Shown in pieces: positions 39,224 through 52,309 of a stretch of 64,000 nucleotides of DNA; the stretch's first letter is position 1; each line of letters opens with the position of its first letter. A program made the position numbers and the translations under genes. The DNA comes from Vicugna vicugna (taxonomy: Eukaryota). Under the pieces are notes generated by a model. It was not told where the DNA came from, searched no databases, and worked only from the letters and a program-made list of their open reading frames with translations. The DNA is taken from assembly GCA_013265495.1 (NCBI GenBank), contig MU058337.1, forward strand, positions 3,130,686 to 3,194,685, read 5' to 3'.

Positions 39224-39984
39224 GGTTGCAGAGTGCCTTACCAAGAGATGGAAATAAGATCATATTAATCTTTGAACATTAAAGATACTATTAGACTTAA
39301 TTCATAGAAAAATGTGATGGTCAGTGGGAAATTTTCTGAGACTAAGGGAGGGACACAGGAGGTGGAGACATTCTTTGAGTTGAGATTGAAATAGTCTCAA
39401 AATTGATCAGGGTCTACATCGTTAGCAAGGAGAGGAGCGGGTAGGTTCAAGACATATTCAGAAGCTGGAATTAATCAGACTTGATGACACCTGGGTTTTT
39501 TGTTGTTGGTGGTGTTTTGTTTGTTTGGTTGGTTGTTTGGTTGGTTAGTTGGTTGGTTTTTTTGCCTTGAGCAACAATTTGCCTTTATCAGGTAGATTAG
39601 GGAAAATTTAATTTTAACTGGTGATGGGCAGGGGGTGGAGAAAATTGTAAGAGGTTATTTCAGTTTGGGCCCTTCAGCTGAAGTGTCAAGGGACTGTCTA
39701 ATGGAGATGTCCAGTAAGAACTTACAATATCCAGTAAGGATTTGTCAATGGAGCTTGTAATATGAGGAGAAAAGAGTTCCCTATAAAAATAGAACTGTGG
39801 TTACCCATGTATATTTAGAAGAATATTTCAAGAAAAACTTTGCATACCATTTCCTCGTCCTGCCAGAGAAAAATCTTTTCCTAAAATTGTGTCATCATCA
39901 CTTTTAGAGTTTGGATGAAAATATTCTTTTGTGATAGATTGGTAATAACCAAAATCAACAAATGTATTACATGCTCAGATGGAT

Positions 39985-39986
<2 letters not shown>

Positions 39987-40019
<33 letters not shown>
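39987..40019. repeat. (CA)n microsatellite
   Basis: Uninterrupted AC run. Confidence 0.95.
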
Positions 40020-40021
<2 letters not shown>

Positions 40022-42473
40022 CACTACATTAAATGAAGCTTTTATCTGAGGAGTCACAAAAACAAAACCAAACCACCACCATCACAAAATATAATACGGT
40101 AACAGAAAGGACCAGGGAAAGATGTGTTACCGGGCAAGGTCAAGGGAGCAGTGGTCATGGAGGACCAACATGAACAGAGGAAACCTTGGGGGAGAGGCTG
40201 CATTTCACATGCATTTGGATAACGTTTGCCCAGTCCTAGAAAATGGGATGTATAAAAAGCTGGGAAGACTATCCCAGGTGGTCACAGTAAAATTGTAATG
40301 CTGACAGGAAGTAGGGATATGGTTTGGGAAAGACTGTGAAGGTTTTAAAGCTACAAGAACTTTCTCGAGAGAAACCATGCACAACGAATAGTCGCGGGAA
40401 CACTGGCAGCGCCGCGCTCTGCTCCGCAGCCCAGGGCGTGTGGCCTCAAGGACACGTGTGCAGCCTTCTGTCTTGTTCGGTGTCCTGCTAAACGGAACTG
40501 TGCACTTCTAATCTATCTTGCGAACACCGTGTGGCTAATCTTGGACCCCTGTCACCAGCACCTCCCCTCCTTCTGGGGCAACTGACCTCAGAGAATGTTG
40601 GAGCCCAACTTGAACTCAGGGATATTTTACTCCAGACCTCTGCCCCTGACCCTCTAACGCAGCCTGGTAAAATCCTGGTGGGGGAAAAAAATCACAGCTG
40701 CTCCCTTAACCCCTTACCACCCCTGGCGAATTCTCCACTAGTTAGTTCTCTTCTTTCTTATTACTAACAAAACCTAAAGGATCCAAAATACTCATGTCAA
40801 ATCACAGTGCTTCCTTGGCTGCAGATGAGCTCTGGGTGAGGGAAATTATTGACAAAAGTGCTAAGTCAGGAACTGAACACTTTTTCTTTTTTCCCCTCGG
40901 AAACTAATGATCTTTATTGGAGACACAGTGAGCTTGAGACATTTGCCTGGTAGTCAAACGGAGTATGCAGTTTCCCAGGAAGAAGTCAGCCATTTACTAT
41001 TAATTGCTCTCTGACCTTCACCTGTGGGGCCACGGCATCGCTGATAAAATGCATCATCTCAACGAATATGGATGGAGCAACAGCAAATTCACCAAACTTA
41101 GAGTCAAGAAGCTTAAAATGAAAGGATGCGGGTGACAGCTTGAGAAAGGAGCTAAAGGTAGCAGGTGCCACCCCAAGAGAACCACAGGAGCTTGGCTGTG
41201 TATGTTTTATCTTTAGAGGCAAAAAATGAAGAAAAATGAGAACGCTACTTTGAGATAAAATGTAGAATATATTTTATTGCATTATGTGTTTGAAACTGTA
41301 GTCATTTTCAATACTTTATATATTTTATGTCTATCTTTAATCTAGACATTTTTAAGTATTTTATGGAATTTTACTTAATGTACATTTATAATCTTTAGAA
41401 AATGTTTTGACTAAACAGCTTGATACTTACAAAGTGAGAAAACTTTGCTGCCTGGTGATGGCAAATGAATGAAAACTCAAGTCCAGCAACTCTCCCCCAG
41501 CCTTAAAGAAGAATGTCTCTTACAGAGTCTCCAGAAGTTGCCCAATTATATATTAACTGACCAGATTATTTTATAGAGTCTATTACCATTTGTCAAGCAT
41601 TAAAAACCCTTCTGAAATTGCTACTGCTCTCATGCAGGGGCACACTTAGGACTTGAAGCATTTCATGAACCTGAAAAATCACGCCCCATCCTTCTCATCA
41701 CAGCCAAGGTCACGTTTATGTCCCAGGAAGCATGGCAACAAGAGCAAAGCTGGTGGATAGACATCCATATCCTGGGTAACAGGGGTCCTGGGTTCTCTGG
41801 AAGACAATGTGCTTCCAGGAAATAAACCACTCTCAACATCTATTGTAGTGCCCGGTGGAAGGATTCATTCACTCTTTACATGACCCTTGGGAACACTTTG
41901 AAGGTCAAAGAAAGCCACTGATTTTCCCTTGAGTTTAGTCAGAATATTAGAGATAAGTGACATATGGAGGGCAAAGGCAGGAAGATAAAACATCGAAGAC
42001 AAAGGCTCTGATATTATACCTCACCGAGGAATTCCCAGTGCGAAGAGGGCAGTGGGTCTGCACACATTACTCCGTTATAGATCGAGGAGGGAGGGCCACG
42101 CTGCTTCTTTGCAAGATGGGCAAGCAGGCTGCACCTTCCTGCGCCAGTCCTGTCCCTGTCGGGGGCTTCATATGCTGACCCCACAACCAAGGTGGCTTCG
42201 GCAGCATCCCGAAGTAGGACTCCTAGGATGCAGAGAAGGAGGAGGAGGGGCAGGTGCATGAGCAGGTCTGGGAACTGAATGCTGCCAGGATGATCTGGAC
42301 TGATGAACAGGAAAACTAAATAAGTAAGCAAACATCTCAAACACGCAACCACATTTCCACCCAATCGTCACCTGAGAAAACGGACATGGATCACAGATGT
42401 GTCAGAGTTGAAAAATACTTGATAGAAGGATTGCATCTGAAAACAAGATGGTTAAGTGTCAGATGTCTGCTTT

Positions 42474-42572
42474 GTTACTTCTGCAAGTGAACTTTCACAT
42501 GGACCTACTGGATCATGACATGAGCCCACAAAGATGCTGTAATATCCTTCACCATCACGACACATCAATAAA
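42474..42572 (+). repeat. Copy 1 of a 99-bp local direct duplication
   Basis: Aligns without gaps to 44213-44311 with about 17 mismatches (hand count). Confidence 0.9.
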
Positions 42573-44212
42573 CATTGTTGTATTAATTAGAGAAGCGCTT
42601 TCATATGATTTTCTGTGTCTGCTTAAAAATAGCTCTTCGCCTCAGGGACATCTCACCAAAGAGGATTTTAAGGGCAGTGATATCCCTCACCTAGTCTCTG
42701 TTCTGTTTTTAAACCCTCCATCCCTGCCTCCTCGTAGGGAGGAGACAGACATGCGTCAGCTAGAACATATGTGCTCGTCCATTTGTCTGTCCACCCATGC
42801 TTTGCCTTCAAAGCAAGAGGATTTACAGTCTCCTCCCATTCAGTTCGCCCCTACTTTTCCTTCCTTCCATCAAATGGACTTTAAATATCACTCCCCCACT
42901 CGTGTAGTAGCTAAGGATAGGTCACTGTATCTTTTCCATTGTGAGTTTAGTTCTGTCTCCTCTCCAGAGTTCCAAACAACAATCATGTTTTTTTCTTCCT
43001 CTCTCCAGGACTGTTTGGCACTTTGATCTAGCTCTCAAAGTTTCCCAAGCAAACACGAGATCAGCTACATCCATCTCAGGACAATGGGTGCTGCAGCTCT
43101 GCAGGTTTGAGGGCAAGAAGCTGATAGCACCGGAGGCCATTAACTTTCTTTTCCAAAATCACCTTTCTCATTAGATTTGAAAAATGTGTTTGAGAACAGC
43201 AGCTTATGGCAGTTGACTAGATAAAACTTCAGAAAGATAGTACACACCGGGAGAGGTGAGACAAATTGCAATGATAAGGCATGTCAGCAGAGGGCTGATG
43301 CTGCAAGAACGCAGTGTCTTGGTATCTGTGGCCATTCATTAGCCAGGCTGTGTCAGCGCTGCTGGCATAGAGAGATGAAGATGGGAGCACACCTGGAAGC
43401 GGCAGCACGTGGTCACTGCCACCTCCGGACTTCCGCGTCCTTCCCCCAGACCACTCACTGATGTGAGCATTTGCAAAATACGTACGCCACAAAAATCACT
43501 CTAAAAATCATCATTTTCAGTACTTTAATAAACAATTCATAATCTAAAAAATGACTGCACATTCCACACTATAATATGAATGTTTCTGCCTCAGGAAAAA
43601 AAATCTGATTATTAAACCTGAATAATCAGGAAAGCCCAAAGGTGTCCTATTAGCTTAGGAAATAAAGTCATGTTTCCCATGAGGGAGGGTCAGAGAAAAA
43701 AGAAAGACACTTAAAACAATGACAACAAAAATACCTATTTTCAATTTTAAGCTATTATCACTAGATATCAGAGTATATTTTTTGAATGGTGTCAGTGTTC
43801 AATTCCTCATTTTTACCCAGGAAAGAGGGGCAGATTTCTGTTGACAAGGGACATACCTGTGTAATCCAGAAAAAATGTATTGGGAATAAGGCAAGTTCTT
43901 ACCTAAGAGGGTTTCCCAATTTTCGCTGGAGGATGTTTGGAATCTCTGTGGATGAAATTTCTCTTGGAAAGGGAACCACTTTCAGGCAAAACATTAGTAA
44001 CAAGAATCTGAGGTAAAAGAATTCCACTTGAGAAGATCAAAACTCTCAAATGTGATTATGGACAAATCAGACAAGAACCTCCTTCCGCTCCAGCAACATG
44101 ACCCCTTTCCACTGTACACGCACATACTCTGACTTAGAGTGAGTCTCCGCTCCTGTCTCAGGCGAAGCTCTGATTTGCAGTGGCTTCCAAACTCTTGTAC
44201 CCACTCAGAAAA

Positions 44213-44311
44213 GTCACTTCTGCAAATGAATTTCCCCAGGAACCTCCTGGCTCATGACAAGAGCTCACAAAGATGCTATAGCATCCTTCACCATCACAAC
44301 ACACAAATAAA
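44213..44311 (+). repeat. Copy 2 of a 99-bp local direct duplication
   Basis: Aligns without gaps to 42474-42572; its terminal AATAAA runs into an A tract. Confidence 0.9.
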
Positions 44312-45904
44312 AAAAAAACACATAAAATGCCCTGACTCCTCATCTCTCTCAAGATAATGTTTTATTTCTCTGCTCTCTTTGAAAGATGTCATAACCTGCC
44401 AGAAAAATGGAAACCGATGCAAGCTCAAAGGCTAGTGCTTTCATGGGAGGTGTTGTCTCATGGGAAGGGAGGGCAAAACAAATGGGGCAAAGAAAGAGAA
44501 ACAAGTGTAAGCTTATATACTATCAAGCAGCTTTGTAGGGAGATATAGCTGACCGCTTGGTTGCACAGACTGTCTCCAGCTGGCCAGAAAGAAACACCTT
44601 ATCGGAGAACCAACATTAGAAGGAAGTTTGGGGGGGGTCGGGGGCAGGGGGGGATTTACTTCTGAGTTCCCTTGTATCTGCTTCTTCTCATTGGCCAAGA
44701 TTTGTTCTCACAAAGCAATAATGCCAATATATTTCTGTGTTGTGTCATTTGGACCTTTGGGAAGCCACTGGGGAATCAGACATCGTTCCTGAAGTATGAG
44801 ACTTCATCTGGATCCCAAAGTAACGGCAGGAGTGAGGATCCCTGTGCGTCTCTTCAGGTAGGGTCAAGAGGCAGCATCGCCTTGACTCCACCTGCGTCGG
44901 GAGTGAGGAGAACCTTTCCTGCATATGGCACTTACCCTGGTAGAAGACCTAATGGCCTTGACCCTTGGTAAATGACCCGGGAAACTGTAATCACAACTGT
45001 GGGTTATCTAAGTCCTAGCAGCCAAGAGCCTAAGAAATAGGCAAGGCAAAGCCGATTGAAAGGTGTGCATAAATTGTGCCTGATTAAAAAGAGAATTGTA
45101 CTCATTCAGTTCCACCCCTCCATAAAATAGCTCCATGACCTTCAAAATGCCAACCCTAATGTTCAATTGTTGCTTCTCATCTTATCCTCTCAGCACGGTC
45201 TTATCCAAAAGGTTGGTCCCTCATCCTTGAGTCACTGTTCTGCTTTCTCTAAGATCATCCTCTCCTCATCTTTCTGTTATCTAGTCTATTTCTGTCTCTG
45301 GGGGTTATTTCTCCTTTTCTGAGATTTCCCAATATTCACATATCAAGCTTGAATCTTTGAGTCTCTTCCCTTCTCTTCCTATTCATTCTTTGTGTGACAT
45401 CAATTATGTTACAGTAAATATCTTTTATATGCTGGTGATGCCCACATTCATTCATCTGATCTCAATCTCACCCCGAAGAACTCACTTCCCAAATATTAAA
45501 CTATTCACTCAACATTTCTTCTTGACTCCCTTCACATCTTAACTCAAATAAGTATGTGGATAAGCTCATGGAAAAGGAATCTTGAACAATTAATAGGAAA
45601 GACGCTCAACTTTCATAGCAATCAGGAAGATACAAAATCATGAAATCATAGTCCATGTCACAACTTTTACAGTGGTAGAATTTTTTTAAAGCAAGCAAAC
45701 AAACTAGCATCTGAAGCGATAGCGTAGGTACATAGAAAAGGAAGTTCAAAGAGGTCCTTTACTCTGCATTCAGGAGAACTCTGCAGCTGGTAGACTGGAA
45801 ACACGCATACACTTGAACACAGTGGAGTCACCTTCAACCGTCTGCTCCTCCATGGAGGCTTTACTGAGTGACGACGTACACCCTGCACCTAAAACTTGCA
45901 TTTA

Positions 45905-46203
45905 TCATTTTTAATAGCTTTGTTGAATTGCAATTGATATACCAAAAACTACACATATTTAATATACAAAATTTGATGAGTTTGGACACAGGCACTCACC
46001 TAAAAAACCATCACCACAATCCAGGCAATAAATAGATTCATCCCTTCCAAAAGCTTTCTCCTCCCTCCCCCATTTTTGGGGGGTGGGGTGGTACAAACAC
46101 AACATGAAATTTACCCTCTTAACAAATGTTTCAGTACACAGCACAGTATTTTTTTTAAAATAGGCATTATCTTGTGACGCAGATCTATAGAACGTCTTCA
46201 TTT
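45905..46203 (-). mobile_element. L1MB-like 3'UTR fragment inserted in an older sense L1 remnant (about 45570-46560)
   Basis: 'tttaatagctttgttgaattgcaattgatataccaaaaactacacatatttaatatacaaaatttgatgagtttggaca...accatcaccacaatccaggcaataaa'; flanks carry decayed sense ORF2/3'UTR text. Confidence 0.8.
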
Positions 46204-46664
46204 TAAATGTGTTTTTAATGTGACAAGTAGGTTCATTACAGAATCATTGTTGTAGTAAACTATGGGAACAAGCTAGTTTTATGATAATTGTGGAATGAAT
46301 AAATTTTAAGTGTAGAACAACTTGGGTGAATCTTGAGAATGTAATGATAAGTAAAAAAGCAATCTGAAGAATATATATATTTTTTAACGCACTATGCAAG
46401 GTCACAGACAACTATATTCAGTTAAGAGTAAATTAGCCTTGGAAAGAAAGGCACCCGTATTTAACATAATGTTACTTTTGTGTATTGAGAGTGAAAACTA
46501 GGTGTACGTAGACAACAAATAGAGCTCAAGTGTATCTGTAACATTTTATTTCATTAAAAAAGAATTTGGGAAAGAAAAAAAATCTTGCTTGAAAAAGCAT
46601 TTTAAAATCTGTACAAGTAGAAAAAAAGTAACATTTATCAATGGATTACTATGTGCAGATTTTC

Positions 46665-46905
46665 TGATTCAGGGCACAGACTTGAGTTAAAATGCTGGGG
46701 TTGGAATCCTGGCTCTGCTCTTACTGGATGTTCTGTTTTGAAGACGTTAGGTAGCTCTCCTCAGATTTGGTCTGTTTTCCTATAGAATACGAATATTAAT
46801 AGCACCAACCCCCTAGCAGTGCTGTGATAATTTAATGACATAATTTATTTATACAGTGTTCTGTATGGTACCTGGCAGGAACCATGATTCAGTAAATGCA
46901 AATTG
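46665..46905 (+). mobile_element. MIR SINE
   Basis: 'gagttaaaatgctggggttggaatcctggctctgctcttactggatg...tgtgataatttaatgacataat...tggtacctggcaggaa'. Confidence 0.75.
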
Positions 46906-47464
46906 ATACCATTAGGCTCTGCACCCAGACAGTCTCGCTCCAGAGCCTCTCCGTGGCAGCTAAGGAGGAAATCGTACTGAAAATAATTATAATTAGGATG
47001 TGCCTTTTATTTTCTCCGTCTTAAAAATACGCCCACTGTGGACGAGGTCATTAGTGGGAGGAGCCGCGATCTATTCTTGATTAATTAGCACAAGGCCCTG
47101 AGCATAAGTCAAGCTTCTGAGCTGTTTTCCATCAACTGACACATAATATCATGCCCATAAATCTAGCCAAACTTAAATGGAATATTTAATCAGAGATTCT
47201 TGCAAAATCAAAACACGAACAGCTAAAATACTGCTTCCGGACTATTCGTGAATGCAGTTGCATTGCTGCACGGTCTAAATTACACTGAAACTGAGACAAA
47301 TTATCAACCTGAAGATACAAACATCAATTACCCGTCACATCAGCATGAAGACCGCAGAGCTGCCAGTTAGAGAAATTGCCGCCAAAGGCTCTATAGAATA
47401 TGTAATACAAAATTTGCTGAATGTGAGCCTGTTTCCTAAATTTAGACCTCATGCTTCTTTCCCT

Positions 47465-48030
47465 GCGCGTTGGAACGTGCGGCAGAACCGAGGGAGAGGA
47501 AGGAGGGCGGGGTTTTGTCGGCGCCGCTTGAACGGGGAGGCCCGCCCCGCCAGCACGCGCTCTGCCGGTCATTCCCCAGGTTTTTCCCACTTCCGCGGTC
47601 ACACGGTTTCCTCCTGTAACTGCTCAGGGGCCCCCCGGCCCGCTTTCAGGCTGAGCGCTTGGGCCGCTGTGAAGGCTGGCGGGCACCCACCGCGCCCAGA
47701 GGCGGCGGCGGCGGCGGCGGCGGCGGCGGGGCCCGCGGAGCGAGAGCTCGCACCTGCCCGCCCGGCTTCCTTCGGACAAAACCGGGGAAGTGCAGGACGT
47801 CCAGGAGGGATCTGAATTGCCGCAGACACAACAACGTTTCAGACGCCACTGGGTTTGATTGGAGAGTGGAATCCATGTAGGAGGGTCCCTGATCTACACG
47901 CAGACCTCTAGATCAGAAAGGATTGAAAGCAGAACAGAAGCTTGCCGAGTGTCAGGCGTTGACACCCGCACGCTGACTCCCGGGAAACCAGCCGGGAAGA
48001 GCTTTTGAAGACAACTCCACAGACGTAGCG
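47465..48030. promoter_or_regulatory. CpG island / probable promoter, gene not identified
   Basis: The only extended CpG-dense block in the window; GC boxes GGGCGGGG 47505-47512 and CCCGCCCCGCC 47541-47551, ETS-type CACTTCCG 47588-47595 and GGGGAAGTG 47784-47792. Confidence 0.8.
47701..47727. repeat. (GGC)9 trinucleotide repeat
   Basis: Nine uninterrupted GGC units inside the CpG island. Confidence 0.97.
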
Positions 48031-48849
48031 TTTGCATGTTTAAATGTGGCACCGATTAGCTTACTTTGGAACATTTTAATAAGGGGGTCATCGTCTTAAG
48101 ACATAGAATGAAGTGATGTATAGAATAAAAGTCCGAAATGCCTTTTTGAAATATATGTATACAAACAGCTCAAAATAGATTGACACACATGTAAAGAAAA
48201 TGACATATATAGCAGGATGTTTAGTGTCCACTTCAAGAATAAGCTATAACTCCGGAAGGTAACCTGACTATTTCAGAAAGTAACTATGTGATTCTTCTAT
48301 TAAAAAAAAATCAAAACGGAAAAAAAAATCAGGAGCGCCATTATTAGAAATCATAGTTGATGAATAAGGATGTGAACTATCCCCTCCTAGGATGATCTGA
48401 AATCCTGTAAGATACTGGGCTGGATAGGAACTGACGTAAAATTATGCAAAGACATATAGAGGCCAACGTTGATTACATTCTGTTTTTGTAGTAAAGCTTA
48501 TGTGAAAGGATGCTCTTTTCCCATCACTCGTCTTTTTAAAGATCTTTTTCTGTTTGTAACTTCATATTTTAACACTGACTACCTTATTATCTCTAGGTTG
48601 GAAAATGATTTACAGAAAATGAAGAAGTTAATTTAAAATGTCTATTCCATTTTTCAGCATATTTTGACAAAGTTCAACCAAGTGCACTGAAACTATGTCT
48701 TTTTATATTTAAAAATGTATTTAATTGTTTAGTAACCTAGCATGGTAGAAAAAACATCGCTGAGGGTGTTACTTTTGGTTATATAAATCTAGTATCCACA
48801 CACTCTATATGTAGAATTTATAACTCAGTCTAATTACTTCAGCCTCATT

Positions 48850-50140
48850 CCATCTGTATTTATTATACATCTTCTATTTGCTGCATTCTGTCCTTGGCAC
48901 CGGGGATGCAGTATTGAAAAAAGACACAAAAGCCCTAACCCACACAATTTATAACGAAGCAGAGACAGTAAACAATTGTGTGTATGTGTGTGTGTTTGTA
49001 CGCAAAGATTTCAGAAGTTAATGATAATTAGTAAAGAATAAATAAATCACGGAAGGGGGAAGCATGGACGGTTAGGGTTTGAGACAGGATGACCAAGAAT
49101 GGCCTCTTTGGGAAGATGACTTGAATGAAGGCCACAGGGAGCAAGGGCCTTGCCATGGTGACGTGTGTGGTTTCCATGAGACGTGGGTCCTGGAGATCCT
49201 CCCATCGGAGCCTCAGCACAGAAGCCAGTGTGCACGGTGAGCAGTGTGGACAGCAGAGAGGAAAGGACGCTGGGGAGGCTAAGAGGCCCTCAGTCATGCA
49301 GGCGCTCCAGTCAGAGGAGTTCGCACTTTACTCCGAGCTGGGAAGGCCCTGAGGACGCCTGAGCACAGGAGTGGTGTTGGAGTTGTGTCCTTCTGGCTAC
49401 CTCGTTGCTGTGGCTGCTGTGTTCTTGAGAAGAGACTGCAAGGGGCCCAGGCTGGGGGCCTCTGAGGCGTTATGGCATTTTTGTGCGAGTTGACGTGAGG
49501 GGGGAGAGTAAAAGTGCTTTTATTCTATACATTTGAAGCTAGATCTACTGACAAATTGGGGTAAGAGACTGGGGAGGATAAGATGGACCAGTCATGCTGC
49601 CATCAAGTTTGGGATCTTGCACCTTCAGGAAAGTAGGGGCACATAACTAAGACAGGGGGGCAGACCTACGGCACACAGCAGGGACTCGGCAGTGGACGTT
49701 GTGGAAATGGACCTATCAATCTGGAGTTCAGGGGGCACATCCGTGTTGGAAACATCACTGGAGGAACCATCAGCATGTGGACGGTTTATCCATCCAGGAG
49801 ACTGGATGAGGTAAATTAGGAGGAGAGAAAAATAAGAGACTCTCAAGGACTGAGCAACATTAAAAGGACAAGGAGATAAAGAGCAACAAGTAAAACAAAA
49901 CAATAAATAGTGAGAAAATAGAGCTAACACCAGGTGAGCGTGGCATCCTGAAAGCCACACCAAGGAACCGTTCCAAGGAAGAGAACTGTCCTGAATGCCT
50001 TTAACAGACCCTATGGGGTGAGGCTCAAGAAATGACAGAGAACTATATGCTCTTTGATGAACTTGACATAAGCAGTTTCAGTAGACTGGCGGCAAAATCT
50101 TGATTACAGTGTTTGTGGAAGGATGGGAAGAGAGGCAACA
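48850..50140 (-). mobile_element. L2 (L2a-like) fragment
   Basis: Antisense L2 text 'cttggcaccggggatgcagtattgaaaaaagacacaaaagccct...ggcctctttgggaagatgacttgaatgaaggcc...ctggagttcaggggg...ggcatcctgaaagcca...ttgacataagcagtttcagtaga'. Confidence 0.8.
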
Positions 50141-52309
50141 ATTCATGTGGCCACCCTCGCTGAGCAGGGGAGACAGAACCCCCGCTCACCTCACGTGGGC
50201 AGGAGTAATCATTGAAAAAGGACCACATCCCAGGTACGTTTGAAGAAGGAACGGATTTGGGTGGAAGCTTGCTTACCAAGACCTCGTATAAACGGGTATG
50301 TTCATCTCTGCTCTGCCATGACTAGAAAGCCAGCTCCATGAGGAGTTTCGTATCCTGTTATATTCTTAACGTCTTGTCGAAGGTCAGGCACATACTAGAC
50401 ACTCAATAAGTATTTCCTTAATGAAATGAATTCAAAGCACATAAGCTTATTTGGCCTAAAAATAGTTTCCCCTGAGCCAGGAAAAGAAGCTATCTCAGCA
50501 TTCAGGATCAAGTATCCATCTGCCAATTTTAATGGGTTTTTACTTAATAAGCTTCAAGTTCATAATGTATTTTCCACTATTCCCCCTCAACAGAGACAAA
50601 AATAGACTTTAAAAAAATGTGTGTTTTGACTGTTATGATACTGGAGTACAATGTGAAAAATTTCAGTTGATATGGTTTGATGTGCTCAAAGTATGATTTT
50701 TGCCTTTTTATATTTCTTACAATGTAAGTGTTAAAGAGTTTGCATATACTTTTTTGACATCTAATAGGAAATAATATTAAATTAACACTTTCCATCCAGG
50801 AAAAACAAACCCAGTTTTTATTGTTTTTTTTTTTTAACCTCTTCAACTTGATTTAGTTGGTTTGTCTGTTCCTTAACACTGCTAACTATGGAAAGAATAA
50901 AACAAGAATTGCAATATTAAAATTCATAATTTACCTTTAGGACACTAAGAGTCACCATACCATGTTAAACATTTGGATGCCTTCATTGTAGCAAGTAGGA
51001 ATTATCTAAATTATAATATTTGGTACTGCAATGCAAAGTCTGGAAAATCTACGTATGTTTGCTTTGAAATATCTTGACATATGTTATGAGCGGTGTTTTA
51101 TTAAGTTATATGACCTCTAGATACACCATCACTTGCTTATTCAGATTTTCTAAAGTTTGGAACATAAACGACTGAGGACTAACGTAATAATCTGCTCTGG
51201 GGATATGAATGTCCAGTGACACGCAGAAGCCCAGGCTGGTATGAAACAACAGTGGCAGTGCGCTTGAAGTCAGGGGGTTTGGGAAGCCTGGACCGGCTGT
51301 GTGCTCCAGGGCTACCCTGGCTGCCTCTCCATTTTTGAACACAATTCATAGAGTGACATTTCGAATTAGAATGTGTCAGAGTCCTGAGCTCTCCTCCACA
51401 AATGATGCTCTGCTGCAATATCTTTCTTTGAAGTTCATTTCCTTTCTACCCAGGCTTTTGGTTAAAGATCTAGTCTACAACGGTTATCTCTAATGCCAGA
51501 AAGTGATCGTGGGTAACTTCTAACATCTCCTTAGGCGGAGAGACCAATCTTGAGCTTGAATTTTGTCAATGATTCTGTTGAATCTCCAGGTGAGCTTATA
51601 GCTGAACTGAAACTCTCTGTGAGTCTAACTAAGCAGTCAGTCTTTCTGAGTACTGAAGTGGGTTCCGAGTAAGATGAGGCAGGGAAGTGTGGCTAAGACA
51701 GTTTCCTCCAAATGACGACACATTCCTTGGGAAACCATTTTGCATAACCTATGCTAAAAATTGCCTTTGCGCTTCAGAACTGTAAATTACCAGTTATTGA
51801 AAACAGAAAACTTAATCAGGCAATGTTGCCAAATCTCTGCTAGTTTTCTGAGTAGCTAGCAAGACCTTTCTTCCAAGTATTCGTCCCACCTTCATCTTCA
51901 TTGTCTCCATTACAACTTCTTTGGTTCATATATATAAACTTGGGTCAAATCAAGAAATAGGAAGACATGAAAAAATACATGCGTTTGGGCAGCAGATCTG
52001 TGTCCATACTCTTTAATGTTCCTCAGTATTATTGAACTTTAATTAGGTGCTTCAAAGACAATGTGCAGGTTACACAACCCATGTTTTCTATTTTAAATTT
52101 CACAAAACACCTATAAGGCATTGTCCAACAGTGTCTAAGGTGCTACTATGAAGAATTTACTGTGGGAATAGTTGAGGTTTAAAAAGATTAGATAACTTAA
52201 CAAGAATTGTTTTACTGCTAAAATATGAGAGAGTCAGGATATAAATAAACTTAACCCCCCTCTTCAAGACTTCTCACCTCTACTTTGCATTTCCTCCATT
52301 TAAAGTGTC

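Noticed and set aside
42448..43026. 192-aa ORF, the longest in the window
   Set aside because: No recognisable domain; differences from the duplicated copy at 44213-44311 are mostly non-synonymous in this frame, arguing against coding constraint.
47345..47815. 156-aa ORF with poly-Ala tract (and overlapping poly-Gly/poly-Pro ORFs)
   Set aside because: Open frames are expected in GC-rich, stop-poor CpG islands; the homopolymers simply reflect (GGC)9, and no known protein is recognisable.
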